Source: the human T2T-CHM13v2.0 reference genome, Homo sapiens. From it: a DNA stretch of 64,000 nt. Positions 1-17,671 of the stretch are shown here, one piece after another. A program made the position numbers and the translations under genes. The DNA lies in NCBI RefSeq assembly GCF_009914755.1, contig NC_060945.1; one strand, written 5' to 3'. Position 1 is the stretch's first letter. The number at the start of each line of letters is the position of its first letter. Below the pieces are notes generated by a model that searched no databases, was not told the origin of the DNA, and was given only the letters and a program-made list of their open reading frames with translations.

Positions 1-285
<285 letters not shown>

Positions 286-756
286 GATCTCCATATGAAA
301 ATAAATGAAGCTTGACCTCTCACAGCATATACAAATGTCAATTCCCAATGGATCACAGTCCTCAATATGGAAAGCAAAATAATGCAGCTTCTACAAGAAA
401 ACAGACAATCTTCCTGCCCCTGGAATAGGCAAAGATTTTAAGGAATCACTAGCTCCAAGAATAAAATGTTGATAAACTGGATTTTGTTGCACTAAGAACT
501 CTTAAGTTGCTGTTGAGAGAGTGAAAAGGCAAACCATGAAGTGGAAGACGCTGGTAATCCACACTTCCAACAAGACTCCTCCAGAATGTACAAATAACTA
601 CAAATCAGTAAGAAAAAGATAACAATATATTAGAAATAGGCAAGAGATTTGAATAGGCACTTCGCAAGTATCCAGATGGTTTGTAGGCATTTTGATAGCC
701 ACATTTGTTCAAAATCAATCACCAAGGAAATATAAATTAGAACATTGCTGGCAGGG

Positions 757-1116
757 TGATAGGGTTTGGATTCGTGTCCCTGCCCAAATCTCACGTCGAA
801 TAGGAGGAAGGGCCTGGTGGGAGGTGATTGGATCATGGGGGCGGATTTCCCCCTTGCTGATCTCATGATAGTGAGTCCTCATGAGATCTGATAGTTTAGA
901 AGTGTGTGGCATTCCCCTTTGGCTCTCTCTCTCCTGCCCCCATGTAAGTCATGCTTGCTTCCCCTTCACCTTCCTCCATGATTGTACATTTTCCTGAGTC
1001 TCCCAGCCATGCTTCCTGTTAAGCCTGTGGATCTGTGAGTCAATTAAACCTCTTTTCTTCATAAATTAGCCGGTCTCAGGTAGTTCTTTATAGCAGCGTG
1101 AGAACGGACCAATACA
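757..1116 (+). mobile_element. Solo MaLR LTR, MSTA/THE1-like
   Basis: TGATAGGGTTTGG...CCAATACA ends; 5-bp TSD CAGGG (752-756, 1117-1121); ATTAAACCTCTTTTC motif. Confidence 0.85.
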
Positions 1117-4100
1117 CAGGGTATTTTAAGTTGTCTTGAAGTTTCCTGGTTCTAGCAGGTAGGACCATGTACTTAGCAAGGACCTGTTTTGCTGTTCTCT
1201 GGGGCATGGGTGAAGGTCTGGGGTGTGAGAGGCTACAGTGAGCTGTAATCACACCACTGCACTCCAGCCTGGGGGACAGAGTGAGACCCTGTCTCAAAAA
1301 ACAAAAAAAAAATTGAATCATGTATACACTTATATCAAAAACCAATGTACTCCTGATTACCTCAACTTATTATGTTGGGATTATTGAGGTCTATAGTATC
1401 TGTATGGTGGAAATACCGTATAATGCAACTCTTCCCAACTCTGTGTTTAGTGGGGTGACACTGGTAGCTTGAAATCAACCATCGTTGGAGTACTAACACC
1501 ACAGTCATTGGCAAATGCTGTTTTGCTTCCCTGGAAAAGCTGGTAAAGCCTGGAGTTCTGCTGGTCTGGTGGTGCTGGTCTGGTGGTGCTTGATACCTTT
1601 CTCATTTCACATTTGAAATGGTGATTCAGGCACTCAGCAAACCCTGCTGGGATGATTTCTGCTGAGAGAGCTCCTTCCCATTGCTCTTTGGCTAGGGTCC
1701 TCACTTCCCTTGCCACCGCCTGGCCTTGCCTGGTTCTCTGCCATCCTGGAAAGGAGACACTGCTCTCTGCAGCGTCTCTGGCCCAGAGACAGGCCGAGTC
1801 TGTCATTGCATTAGCCTCTTAGTGGTTCCTTGGGGGCCACTCCCAGCAGAACCTCTGTCCCTGCCACAACAGGTCCTGTGCTACGAAACACCAAGGAAGT
1901 CCCCTTCCTGCCTCTGGCCAGGCCCTGCCTGAGAGGGTGCATGTGAATGCAAAGCAGGTCTGTTTCAGGAGTGCCCAAAAAGAAGCCACCAGGAGGACAC
2001 CTCCATGCCAGAGGTGACTCATCTTACCTCCCAGAGGAAGGACTGGGGCCGGTCCCTTGGCCTTGCCAGGACAGCCTCCACAACGAGCAGCTGGTATGGT
2101 TACAGGGCTCCTGTGGCAGGCACTTCAAAGAGACAAGCTTGCTCTCTGTAACATGTGCCTTTGTGTCAAACAGACCTGTCATTGTTTTCAGCAAATACCT
2201 TGGGACTTCAGTGCATAAATACCATTCTAGGTATTTTTCAGAAGTTGTGTATAAAGGCATTCTGCCTAATTCCTTCAGTCCTCTATTTCAGTTTCTATTT
2301 ATTTGGTGTGATAGAAAGCTCTTAATTTAGATCTCCCCACCGCCAGTTCCAAGAAATCTGCCACCAGCTCCAAGCCTCATGTCCTGAAGTGCCACCTCAT
2401 TCCCGCGGGGTGAGCCAGCAGCCTCTGAAAAGAGGAAGCCATTGAACAGATCACACTGTGCCTCCCGCCGCTGGCTGCCGCCCCAGCGCCAGCAGGACTC
2501 CGGCTTTGACTGGGGACTCACTGGAGGCCACATCGCTTTTGCTTCCAGTTTCCAAACTGCCACCACCTCGAAACTGCCAGACCTTTGAAAGCTGAGGCAC
2601 AGTGCCTCACCCCTTCCTTCAGAAGACTGTCCAGCTCCCCCTCCTTCCCCTCCTCCCTCCCCCACTGGGGACCTCTCCTAGGGGAGGGGTCTGGTGTCCT
2701 CAGCTGGCTCCTCTCCACCTTCGCTTCTACCCGGGGGCTCCAGTGCATCTGGCTTTATCTCTGGGGTGAGCCATGCGGCCCTGGTCATCTGGACGGGCCA
2801 CTGAACTCCACACATTCACCTGTTCACTGGCTCATCCATTCATTCATCTGGTCTCATGTGCTGCCCTGTTCTAGGTGCTTCCATACAAAGGGGACAGAAG
2901 AGATGATGGAAGGCCTCAGTACTGCAGGAGGGGAGACGGATGTCATCTACAATCACACAATACATGGGAGGTCACAGGTGATCCCGAGGAAAACGAAGCT
3001 GGGAAGGGGATGAGGGAGTCTCTTTGTCTAAACTTGACCCAGGTTTAGACAGAAGCCAGGAACGGCGTCATCTGAGTGCAGCCTGAGGGACGGGGGAGGA
3101 GGTAGGGGCAGGGGCGGGCAGTCAGGCAGAGAAGCCAGTGGAGCGATGCCCGCTAGGGTGTTTCCAGAGCCCGAGGAGGCCAGAGCCGCTCTTTGCCTGG
3201 AGGATTGTACAGAAGTGGGGATTCCCAGGGGGTGGATGGGGGTGGGGGCTGGGGGGCAGTGGCCTGAGCCTGGCAGCTCAGGGATTCATGCGGCAGGCGG
3301 TGCAGCTTGTTGGTCAACCTCATGAAATACTAGTTTTGCACGTGGCCTTAGACTCTGGGGACTTGGTCTGGGGCCAGGTAGGGGGCATTTCTGATGTGAT
3401 GTCACCTGTGTTACTCTATCCGTCAGGGCCTTACGGAGCCCTTGCTTCCTCCAACACCCCCACCGGCTTTCTCCTGTGGCTTAAAATTGACCTAGTCAGT
3501 CCTGCCAGTGGGTCTACCCTGCAGGCCCATGGGAGCACCCATGGATCCCAGTCCTGGCCCAAGCACCTGCCCTCACTGCTACCCACCCCAAGCCATCAGC
3601 CTCATTCTCACTTTACCTCCTCACACCTGGTTTCACTGAAGCCTGGGCCAGCCCCCTCAACCCCTTCCCAAGCTCCCATCTACCCCTGCCACAGCCCTGC
3701 TCCCTGCAGCAGGGGCCTCAGAAGTTAGTCTCTTGGAGCGCTGGGGTTAAATGAATGTGCCTTGCACATACTAGCTGCTCAGTAAACACAAAAAAACTCA
3801 ACCCAGGCTCCAGAACAAGAGCCACACCCCACAAGCTGGCTGTGGTGGCCTCTGAATCTGAATTCCCACCTCCATGTGACCTTCCTTAAGCCCCTCACTC
3901 CAGCCCTGCTCTTCACCATCTCCCAACATGATATTTACTAATGGTCATTTCAGGTACTGTGTTACCTGTCCACAAACATTGCAGCATTTAATTTCCCCAA
4001 GTACCCTATGAAGAAGAGATTACTCTTGCCTGCATTTTACAGACAAGGAAATAAACCTAAAAGGTTAAGTGATTTCCCCAAGGTCATGTAACTGGAAAAT

Positions 4101-4322
4101 GTCAGGATTTGCACTTGCTAAGCCAACTCTCTCCTCTAGCCATTCTGCTTCTTCCTCTTAATACAAAACCCACTTGTCCCCCAAGGTTCAGCTCAGGTTC
4201 CCATGCCAAAACCAAACCTTCTTAGGCATGCAGGTGGCAAAAGCCTTGGAACCCCTGTTTACTACTGCTCACCCTCACACCACGGCTGCAGTGGCTTTCC
4301 CCTTCACGTTTGCTCATGAGGC

Positions 4323-4730
4323 TGATGCAGGGCAGGTGAGACCCAAAATCGGGGCTTAGCCCGGGAGGGTTCTTGGCTTCACCCTGGAAAGAATTCAAGG
4401 GCAAGCTGGTGGTGTTAAGACAGCAATTTTTATTGAAGCGGCCATGCATAGCGGCAGCACAGGTGCTGCTCCCTGCAGAGCAGGGCTACCCCATAGGCAG
4501 TGCGTCCAGAGTAACAGCTCAGAGGCAGTGCTGCAGTCCTATTTATAGCCACTTTTAATTATATGTAAATTAAAGGGCAGATTATGCAGGAGTTTCTAGG
4601 AAAAGGGTGGTAACTTCTGGGTTGTTGAGTCCTTGCCATGGGAAGGGGAAGTAATGTCCGGGTGTTGCCAAGGCAATGGTAAACTGACATGGCACACGAG
4701 TGAATGTGTCTTATGGACGGTTGCTTCTTT
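4323..4730 (-). mobile_element. ERV1 LTR fragment (LTR9-like)
   Basis: End TGATGCAGGGCAGGTGAG...GGGCTTAGCCCGGGAGGGTTCTTGGC resembles a reverse ERV1 LTR terminus; minus-strand AATAAA and TATA-like motif; subfamily from memory. Confidence 0.55.
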
Positions 4731-4947
4731 TTAGGACTTTATATATTCTAGACACAAGTCATTTGTCGGATGTGTTTTGTAATTTTTCTTCAAGTCTGTG
4801 GCTTGCATTTTCATTTTCTTAACAGTATTTTTTAACGGTCTTTTGAAATTTTGAGGAAAAGTCTTCAATTTTGATGAAGTCCAATTTATTATTTTTTTCT
4901 TATTATTTTTATACTTAGTTTTTTTTTTATTTAAAAAAAATCAGCAA

Positions 4948-5195
4948 GGCTGGGCATGGTGGCTTGTGCCTGTAATCCAGTACTTTGGGAGGCCAAAGTG
5001 GGTGGATTACTTGAGTATAGGAGTTTGAGACCAGCCTAGGCAACACAGCAAGATCCCCCCCTCCCCATCTCTTTTTTCAGAAGAAGAAGGAGAAGGAGAA
5101 GAGGGAGAGGGAGAGGGAGAGGGAGGGGGAGGGGGAGGAAGGGAAAGGGTGGGGAGGGGGAGGAGGAGGAGAGAAGGAAAGAAGAAGGAGGAAAC
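4948..5195 (+). mobile_element. Alu left monomer followed by a polypurine (GGA/GAGG) tract
   Basis: GGCTGGGCATGGTGGC start; purine tract ~5079-5195. Confidence 0.75.
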
Positions 5196-6749
5196 AAATC
5201 TGCCAAACCACCCAAAGTCAATAAGATTATTCTTCTCAAAGTTTTTTAGTGTTCTTACATTTAGGTCTCTGATCATTTTCTAGTTGATTTTTGTATGTGC
5301 TATATCATGAGGATTGAGGTTCACTTTCTTTTTGCATATAGTTAACTGGTTATTTCAACTTGGAGCCTTGAAATCATGTAGCGTAAGTCCTCTAATTTTG
5401 TTCTTTTCCAATTTTGCTGTTGACTATTCTATTTATTGCCATATTAATTTTACAATTAACATCAATTTTTACCAAAAAGTCTGCTTGGATTTTGATCTAA
5501 GCATCTATAGATCAATATAGGGAGACTTGACACCTTTACATGATTGAATCTTCCACTCTGTGAATATGGAATATCTCTCCATTTATTCAGGTATTCTTTA
5601 ATTTCTTTCAGGAATATTTTGTAGTTTCTGGTGTACACATCTTTCAATCTTGCACATCTTTTGTGAAATTCATCCCTAAGTATTTTCTATTTTTGATGCT
5701 GTTAACAATGTTTACTTTAATTTTAATTTCTGATTGTTCATTGCTAGGATATAAAAAAGCAATTGGTTTTTGTATATTTATTTTATATCCTGCAACCTTG
5801 CTAAAGCCACTTATTGGTTCTAGTAGCTTCTTTTTATGGATTCTGTAGAATTTTCTACATAAATAATCATGTCATCTGAGAATAAAGATAGTTTAAATTC
5901 TTTCTTCCCAATCTGGATGCCTTTTATTTCTTATCTTACTGAACTACATACAATGCAATTAAGTCCAAATGTTGAATAGAAGAGATGAGAGTGGGCAATT
6001 TTACTTCATTCTTCATCTTAGACTGAAAGCATTCAGTATTTTACTACTAAGTATAATGTTGATTGTAGATTTTTTGTAGATGCCCTTTAGCAGGTTGAGG
6101 AAGTTCTTTTATAGTTCTAATTTGCTGAAAGTTTTTTTTAAATCAGAAGTCAATAACAGATTTGTCAAATTTTTTCTGCAATTTGGATGATTATATGTAT
6201 CAAATTTTAAGTTTTCCTTGTTTAATCTGTTAATATGATAAATTATTTTTAAATGTTAAGCCAACTTTACTTTCTTGGGATAAACCCCACTTGGCCATCC
6301 TTTTTATATTATTGTTGAATCCAATGTTCTAATTTTTGAAGTGAATATTATTTTAAATTGACAAATCATAAGTGTATATATTTATGGGATACATTGTGAT
6401 GTTTTGATATGTGTATACAATGTGGAATAGTTAAATCAAGCTAACAAATATATCCACCAACTCACTTATTTTTTTGTGGTGATACATCTGAAATTTACTC
6501 TTTTAGCTATTTTGAATATACAATGCATTATTAACTGTAGTCACCCTGCTGTGCAAATAGATCTTGAACACTTATTCCTTCTGCCTAACTGAAACTTTTT
6601 ACCCTTTGACAACGTATTTCCATTCTCTCTCCTGTCCCTACTCCCCAGCCTCTGGTAGACACCATCCTATTCTCTACTTCTATGAGTTTGACTTTTTTAG
6701 ATTCCATATGCAAGTAAAATCATGTGGTATTTGTCTTTCTGTGACTGGC

Positions 6750-6753
<4 letters not shown>

Positions 6754-6790
<37 letters not shown>

Positions 6791-7519
6791 GAGACAGAAT
6801 CTTGCTCTGTCTCCCAGGCTGGAGTGCAGTGGCATGATCTCAGCTCACTGCAACCTCTGCCTCCCAAATAGCTGGGACTACAGGCGTGCGCCACCACACA
6901 CGGCTAATTTTTGTATTTTTGGTAGAGATGGGGTTGGTCTCAAACTCCTGACCTCAAGTGATCCACCCACCTTGGTCTCCCAGAGTGCTGGGATTACAGG
7001 TGTGAGCCACCATGCCCAGCCCGACTGGCTTAACATAATGCCCTCTAGGTTCATCCATGTTGTCATAAATGACAGAATTTCCTTATTTTTTTTTCCATAA
7101 GAGACAGCCTTAAATAAAAAAGAAAGAAAGAAAGGGAAAGAAAGAAAGAAGGAAAGAAGGAAAGAAAGGAAGGAGGGAAGGAAGGAAAGAAAGGGAAGGA
7201 AGGGAAGGAAGGGCCCTTTTTTTTTTTTTTTTTTTTTTTGAGACAGAGTCTCGCTCTGTTGCCCAGGCTGGAGTGCAGTGGCGTGATCTCAGCTCACTGC
7301 AACCTCTGCTTCCCGGCTTCAAGCAATTCTCTGCTTCAGCCTCCTGAGTAGCTGGGATTACAGGTGCCCACCACCACGTCAGGCTAATTTTTTGTATTTT
7401 TAGTAGAGACAGGGTTTCACCATCTTGGCCAGGCTGGTCTTGAACTCCTGACCCCATGATCCACCCACCTCAGCATCCCAAAGTGCTGGGATTGCAGGCA
7501 TGAGCCACTGTGCCCAGCC
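6754..7519 (-). mobile_element. Two antisense Alus (6754-7022, 7216-7519) separated by an L1 piece and a (GAAA/GGAA)n tract
   Basis: Poly-T then reverse Alu consensus, twice. Confidence 0.85.
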
Positions 7520-7754
7520 AGAATTTCCTTCTTTTTAAAAGCTGAATAGTATTCCATGGTGTCTATAGATGTATCATATTTTCTTTATCCATCCATCTGT
7601 TGATGGTCACCCAGGTTGATTTCATATCTCAGCTATTGTGAATAATGATTCAGTGAACATGAGAGTATGCCCGGCCTCTTTCACTATCAAAAAGATAATA
7701 GCCATTGTAACAGGTATAAGGTGATATCTTTGTGGTTTTAATTTGCATTTTCCT

Positions 7755-8073
<319 letters not shown>

Positions 8074-8326
8074 ATTAGAAATAGTTGTTTCCAATTTCTA
8101 ATTTTTAAAAGTTTTTTGCATCCATGTCCATGAAGAATATTAATCTATATTTTCTTATATTGTCTTTCTTTGACTTTGATAACAAGGTGATTTGGCTTCA
8201 TATAATGAACCCAGACATCCTTCCTTCCTCCCTCCCTCTCTCCGTTTCCCTTCCCTTCCCTTCCCTCCCCTCCCCTCCCCTCCCCTCCCCTCCCCTCCCT
8301 TCCCTTCCCTTTCCAACAGGGTCTCG

Positions 8327-8893
<567 letters not shown>

Positions 8894-9442
8894 GGTATTC
8901 TTTTCTCTGTGATTTTCTGAAAGAGTTTGTGTGGAATTGGTATTATTTCTTCCATAAATTTTGTTAAAAGTCATCACTAAACCCATGTGGGCCTGTAATG
9001 TTGGGTTTTCATTTTGGTTAAGTTCAAAATATTTCCTAATTTTGATCTTCTCTTTAACCCATGAGTTATTTAAAAGTATGCTATTTAGTTTCCAAGTATT
9101 TGGAGAGTTTTCAGATATTTTTCTGTTACTAATTTCTAATTTAATTCCAAGAGTCAGAGCATATACTTTGTATAATTCAAATCCTTTTACAATTATTAAG
9201 ACTTTGAGTTGTTTTATAGTCCACAGTATAATCTATCGTGGCAAATGTTCATGTGTACTTAAAATATGAATTCTGAGCCGAGCGTGGTGGCTCATGCCTG
9301 TAATCCGAGTATTTTGGGAAGCCAAGCAGGGCAGATTGCTTGAGGTTGGGAGTTCGAGACCAGATGTTGTGCAATGTGCCAGACAGTCCCAGAGAGCGAA
9401 GTCTGATTCTGTGCTCGGTAAGACTTTCCAAAGTCCCACTGA

Positions 9443-12109
<2,667 letters not shown>

Positions 12110-13882
12110 TGAATTCAACTTTGAACTTGTGTTTTCTTAATACATATTGGTGTCGAAAATTGTTTTAAAACAAACATGAATATTTAAGATTTTAGTTTTT
12201 TGCTCCTTTCTCTCACCTTTCTGCAGCTAAGCCTGGGTGCATCCTTTTTTGGTGTATCATGCGGCAGTACATCTGGGCTCCTGGCCCAGCCTCCCCAGGT
12301 GGCCCCATCAGAGGCTATACATCTGTAGACAGAAAAGCTGGTCTCCTTCCTTTCACTTAAGACCCAGAGGTTGTGGTCTAGTTCTTGAAGGTCTAGTCCT
12401 TGACCCAGGTGGGGGACAGTGACCTCTGAGAAAGGAAGTGACCACACCCTGCTTTATGGGGCCTTTGCTGACCAAACCCTACCTCTCATAATGCTTTTCG
12501 TTTGAGTTGCTTTGTCCCTAAGTCTTCATGCTCAGCCTCCTACCACAGCTGGACGTTTGTAAAGGGAACCAGAAACATCTTTTGGGGAAATGACAGTTGA
12601 TGCAGATGACAGTAAACCATAAACTTTTGGTATTATCCTGACCCTTAGTCCTGATCAAGCTGGCACTCCCCAGAATGCGACAATATACAGACATAGGCAC
12701 AAATTCTGTTTTCATACTTTTCTAAGTACTTAAAACCTCCACAGCATATGTCTTTTGTATGTTATACACAAGACTGTAAAGAGACTGGCTGGGGTTGGAC
12801 ATGAAAAGCCCTACAAAGTCAGAATCCTGCCGGCCTGGAGCGGGGTCTATCCAAGGGATTCCATCTTACCAGTGACATTCATAGAAAAGCACAGTAAAGC
12901 ACAGGAGATCCTTGCTGAGTTTTAATTCCTCAGTCTGCCTTTCTGCATCTTTTGAGTGATACACTCTAATAATTTGACTGCATTTTGTGTGAGTATAGCT
13001 GGATCCGCTTTGATTCTACAAATTAGGTGCCCTTCTGTTTCTTAGTAATGTCATATTCTCTGACCACTGTAGCCACTTAAGATAGTCTCAAATATGAATA
13101 ATTTTCAGTGGCCATAGTGGAGAAGATGCTGACCCAGGAGGCTTATTCTCACCTCCACCTCTTAGACTCACATGTATGATTTTTTTTTCTCCCTACCAAA
13201 GTGGCTAGTTTTGACAGCCTTTAGGTTGCAGAACTGTTTATATTCGAAAGAAGACCTTACCTTCATAGAGCATTTTCCCGGGCAGTTGTTCTGCTTTGTG
13301 TTTTTAATATCTACTCTTATTCGGAGTCCCAAAATGAGTTAGCTTGGGTAGCTCTCACAATGAAAACTGATTTCTTCGCATAAAACTTTATTCTACCTTT
13401 TTGAAAACCAGCTGGAAATGATGAATGGTGGCTTCAACAGTAATGGTTCACGAAGAACTGATCGTGTCCCCATCAATGAGGTCTTACCCATGGCAGGGCA
13501 ATGGCGGTCTACTGTAATTCTGTGTTGGTTGTAGTAAGTTGGGGGAATATCAGGCCAAGAATCAACAGAGCTACGTGGCTTAGGCAGGTCAGTTTCTCTG
13601 TGCCTCAGCCTGCTCACCTGTGAGATGGGAATAATAAACACCCCTCAGAAGGTATTGTGAGGTCATTCACTAAAGGACATTTCAGTCCTTTGAATGGGTC
13701 TGGAACATACCCTAGTATTTTTACTCTACATAGAAGAAATCAGTCCTAGAATATAATTAGATCGGACTTTCTGGTCCTTTAATCACTCGCCTCCTTCCTA
13801 AACTGGATCCAGCTGCAAATGATTGCGTTAGTCTCAGGACTTCATTTTCATTTGACTCAGCTGATCAAAACTGAGACCATTC

Positions 13883-14482
13883 TGAGGCAGGAGAATAGGG
13901 TCTGGAGGCAGTAAACCTAAGCCCAATTCACGCTGACTTCCTAGAACTAAATCAAAAGGAAAACCCCAACTTTCCACATCCAAGTAACAAAAGGACCAGA
14001 GGCTACTCCCTCTGCAACCCCCCTTTTTCCACGTGGCAGATAAACTCTAAGTACCTTTGATTGGTCCCCTCCCACAGCCAATGAGGCTGTTCACAGGTCA
14101 AGACTTCATTTGCATGGGAGTATAACTTTGTAACTTCAGCCTCTGATTGGTTGCTTTCTGCAACTAATCAGATGTTTGCATAGGGTATAGCTTTATAACT
14201 TCGCTTCAGCCTCTGGTTGGTCCTCTCCTGCAACCAATCAGACTGATTATGGTCCACTACTTCATTTACACAAGGTGTACACCAAGTAACCAATGGGAAA
14301 CCTCTACAGGGTATTTAAATCCCAGAAAATTGTGTCACCGGGCCCTTCAGCCTCATGGGCTGCTCCCACCTTGTGGGGTGTACTTTCATTTTCAACAAAT
14401 CTCTGCTTTTGTTGCTTCCTTCTTTCCTTGCTTTGTGTGTTTTGTCCAATTCTTTGTTCAAGAACGCCAGGGTGACGTAACA
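13883..14482 (+). mobile_element. Solo ERV1 LTR, MER51A-like
   Basis: TG...CA ends, 4-bp TSD ATTC (13879-13882, 14483-14486), 5' end TGAGGCAGGAGAATAGGGTCTGGAGGCAG, repeated CCAAT boxes, TATA-like 14312-14319. Confidence 0.85.
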
Positions 14483-14899
14483 ATTCAAACCATGAAGAGG
14501 TAACAGAGCCCTTCGCGCGTCTCAACACGTGGTGACGCAGCTAATAACCTGTGATGCATACATGGGAACAAATGCATAGAAAAACTTGTCAATGACACGG
14601 CAAAGTAAAACCCAAATGAAGCGAGGTGAAAGAATGGGCTGCAGCGCAGGCAAAACTGCACCACGTTACAGACTGCTCGCCTGGGATGGAACGGTGGGGA
14701 GGTGCGCAGACGGATGGACAAGCGCCTGGCAAAATGGATTTCTTTTCCTAGACTGCTAATGCTACTAACAGTTCCCTCCTCACAGGGTCGCTATAACGAG
14801 GTAACATACAGCACTTAGAAGACGGCCTGACCCAGAATAACACTAATGTTCACATGGCTGCGAGTCTCAGACCAAAATCAATAGCCGGTATCTACTGAA

Positions 14900-15700
14900 A
14901 CTGCAGCAAGGCGAAACCACGGGAATGGCGCTCCGTTGAGTAGAGCAACGCACAGCACATCACATCGCATCCTCCGTAGCGGGAGGCTCTGGCCTCACCG
15001 CAGCGGCACTTCCCGGAAGAGCCCAGGATATTCGGGGACCCGCACCGGACAGGCGGCCCAGGCCCCCTGGCGCCCAGCTGGCCGCCCTGTTGCAGCTCTC
15101 ATGCCAAGACCTGCGCCTAACGGCAGGGATTCCGGCGGTCATCATTTATTCTTGGCGCTAAGCTGCCGCTTCTCTTTTTTATCACCACAGAGTAACGCAG
15201 ACCCCACCGTTTCCTTCCATTCTGAGCCAACCACTCCAGCAGCCACCGGGGCGCCAGGTTATGCTGGGGCTGCACCACCCGGCCCGAGGCTTTTGAAGCC
15301 ACGCCTGAGCGCGGAGGATGGGCAGGATTTGCCCCGTGAACTCCCGCGCACGCAGGCTCCGCGCGAGGCCCGGGCGCCCGAGCGTCGATTCCCTCCCCTA
15401 TCACCAGCTCCAGGGTGGTGCCCCCCGGCTGTGGAGCCCAGACCCCGGCCGTCCAGCAGCGTATAGACGAGCCCATGTCTGCGATGTAACTGCACCGCGC
15501 TGGGGATCCACCTCCCGCCAGGGTGAGGGCGCTGTCCTCCAGCGTATGCTAGGCAGGCGCGCCCCGCCCTCCTGGTCACGTGACCACGCCTACAGCCGAA
15601 GAGGATGGGAAAATGCGGCCCTGTTCCTGAACAGGAAGCGGAAGCAGGAAGGAACTGAGAACACCAGCATCTGCTGCCGCCCTGAATCAGCGTTAGCATG
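14900..15700. promoter_or_regulatory. Orphan CpG island with promoter motifs, overlapping the DSCR9 terminal exon
   Basis: High CpG density; TTCCCGGAA 15010-15018, GC box ~15562-15569, TGGTCACGTGACCA 15573-15586, tandem GGAAG ETS cores ~15631-15650. Confidence 0.7.
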
Positions 15701-15767
15701 TGGAGGCAACCTCAGCCCCCAGTTTTTGAAGAAGGTGATTCAGATTCAGACACAGGAATTATGGTGA
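15318..15767 (+). CDS. DSCR9: DSCR9 149-aa putative ORF (MGRICPVNSRARR...QTQELW); translation doubtful
   Basis: Matches my recollection of the annotated DSCR9 putative protein; GGATGG Kozak; lies inside a CpG island, no domain recognised. Confidence 0.55.
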   Translation: MGRICPVNSRARRLRARPGRPSVDSLPYHQLQGGAPRLWSPDPGRPAAYRRAHVCDVTAPRWGSTSRQGEGAVLQRMLGRRAPPSWSRDHAYSRRGWENAALFLNRKRKQEGTENTSICCRPESALACGGNLSPQFLKKVIQIQTQELW

Positions 15768-15982
15768 CGGTAGAAATGGACTGGAAGGTTCGTTCCCCTT
15801 GCCCACCAAGACTCCAGAGCAGGTGGGTTCTTGATGTCTACTCTGCATGAAGCCCTGGGCTTTCCGGCCCTCCCTACTTTTCCTCCGAATTCACAGCACA
15901 GCGGAGCCAAAATGTATTCCTGCCAAAACGGGCATTTCCCAAAAGAAAATATTGTTTTAGATTCATTGTTCACAGCCTCTTT

Positions 15983-17360
<1,378 letters not shown>

Positions 17361-17665
17361 TCATCTCTTGCTCTAATTGGAGAATTTGACAACTCTGAAC
17401 CTCTGACTGTGGATAACCCCAACTCCAGCAAGCCTGGGCAAGAGTGGGACAGTTGCAGCCCAAGGTAGCCAAACATCTGAGTTTTGCCTAGTAACAGATC
17501 ATGGAGAGGTCAGACCAAGAAGTGGAAGGAAGTGGCCGGCCTAAGGCCTTTGTTTGGGCCACTCAGGGTTGAATGAAATGATAAAGGTAGCCACGTTGTC
17601 TGGATGCGCTTCAGGTAATAATTATTCTCTAAGGAAAGCAGTCATATTTATATCCATAAAATCAG

Positions 17666-17671
17666 TTTATT
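17666..17671 (-). terminator. VPS26C distal poly(A) signal AATAAA
   Basis: tttatt on + strand in an AU-rich context; a second AATAAA lies at 17930-17925. Confidence 0.7.

Noticed and set aside
3138-3728. 196-aa + strand ORF
   Set aside because: GTG start, low-complexity G/P/S composition, no homology recognised
14936-15699. Several overlapping long ORFs on both strands
   Set aside because: Expected stop-codon scarcity in a CpG island
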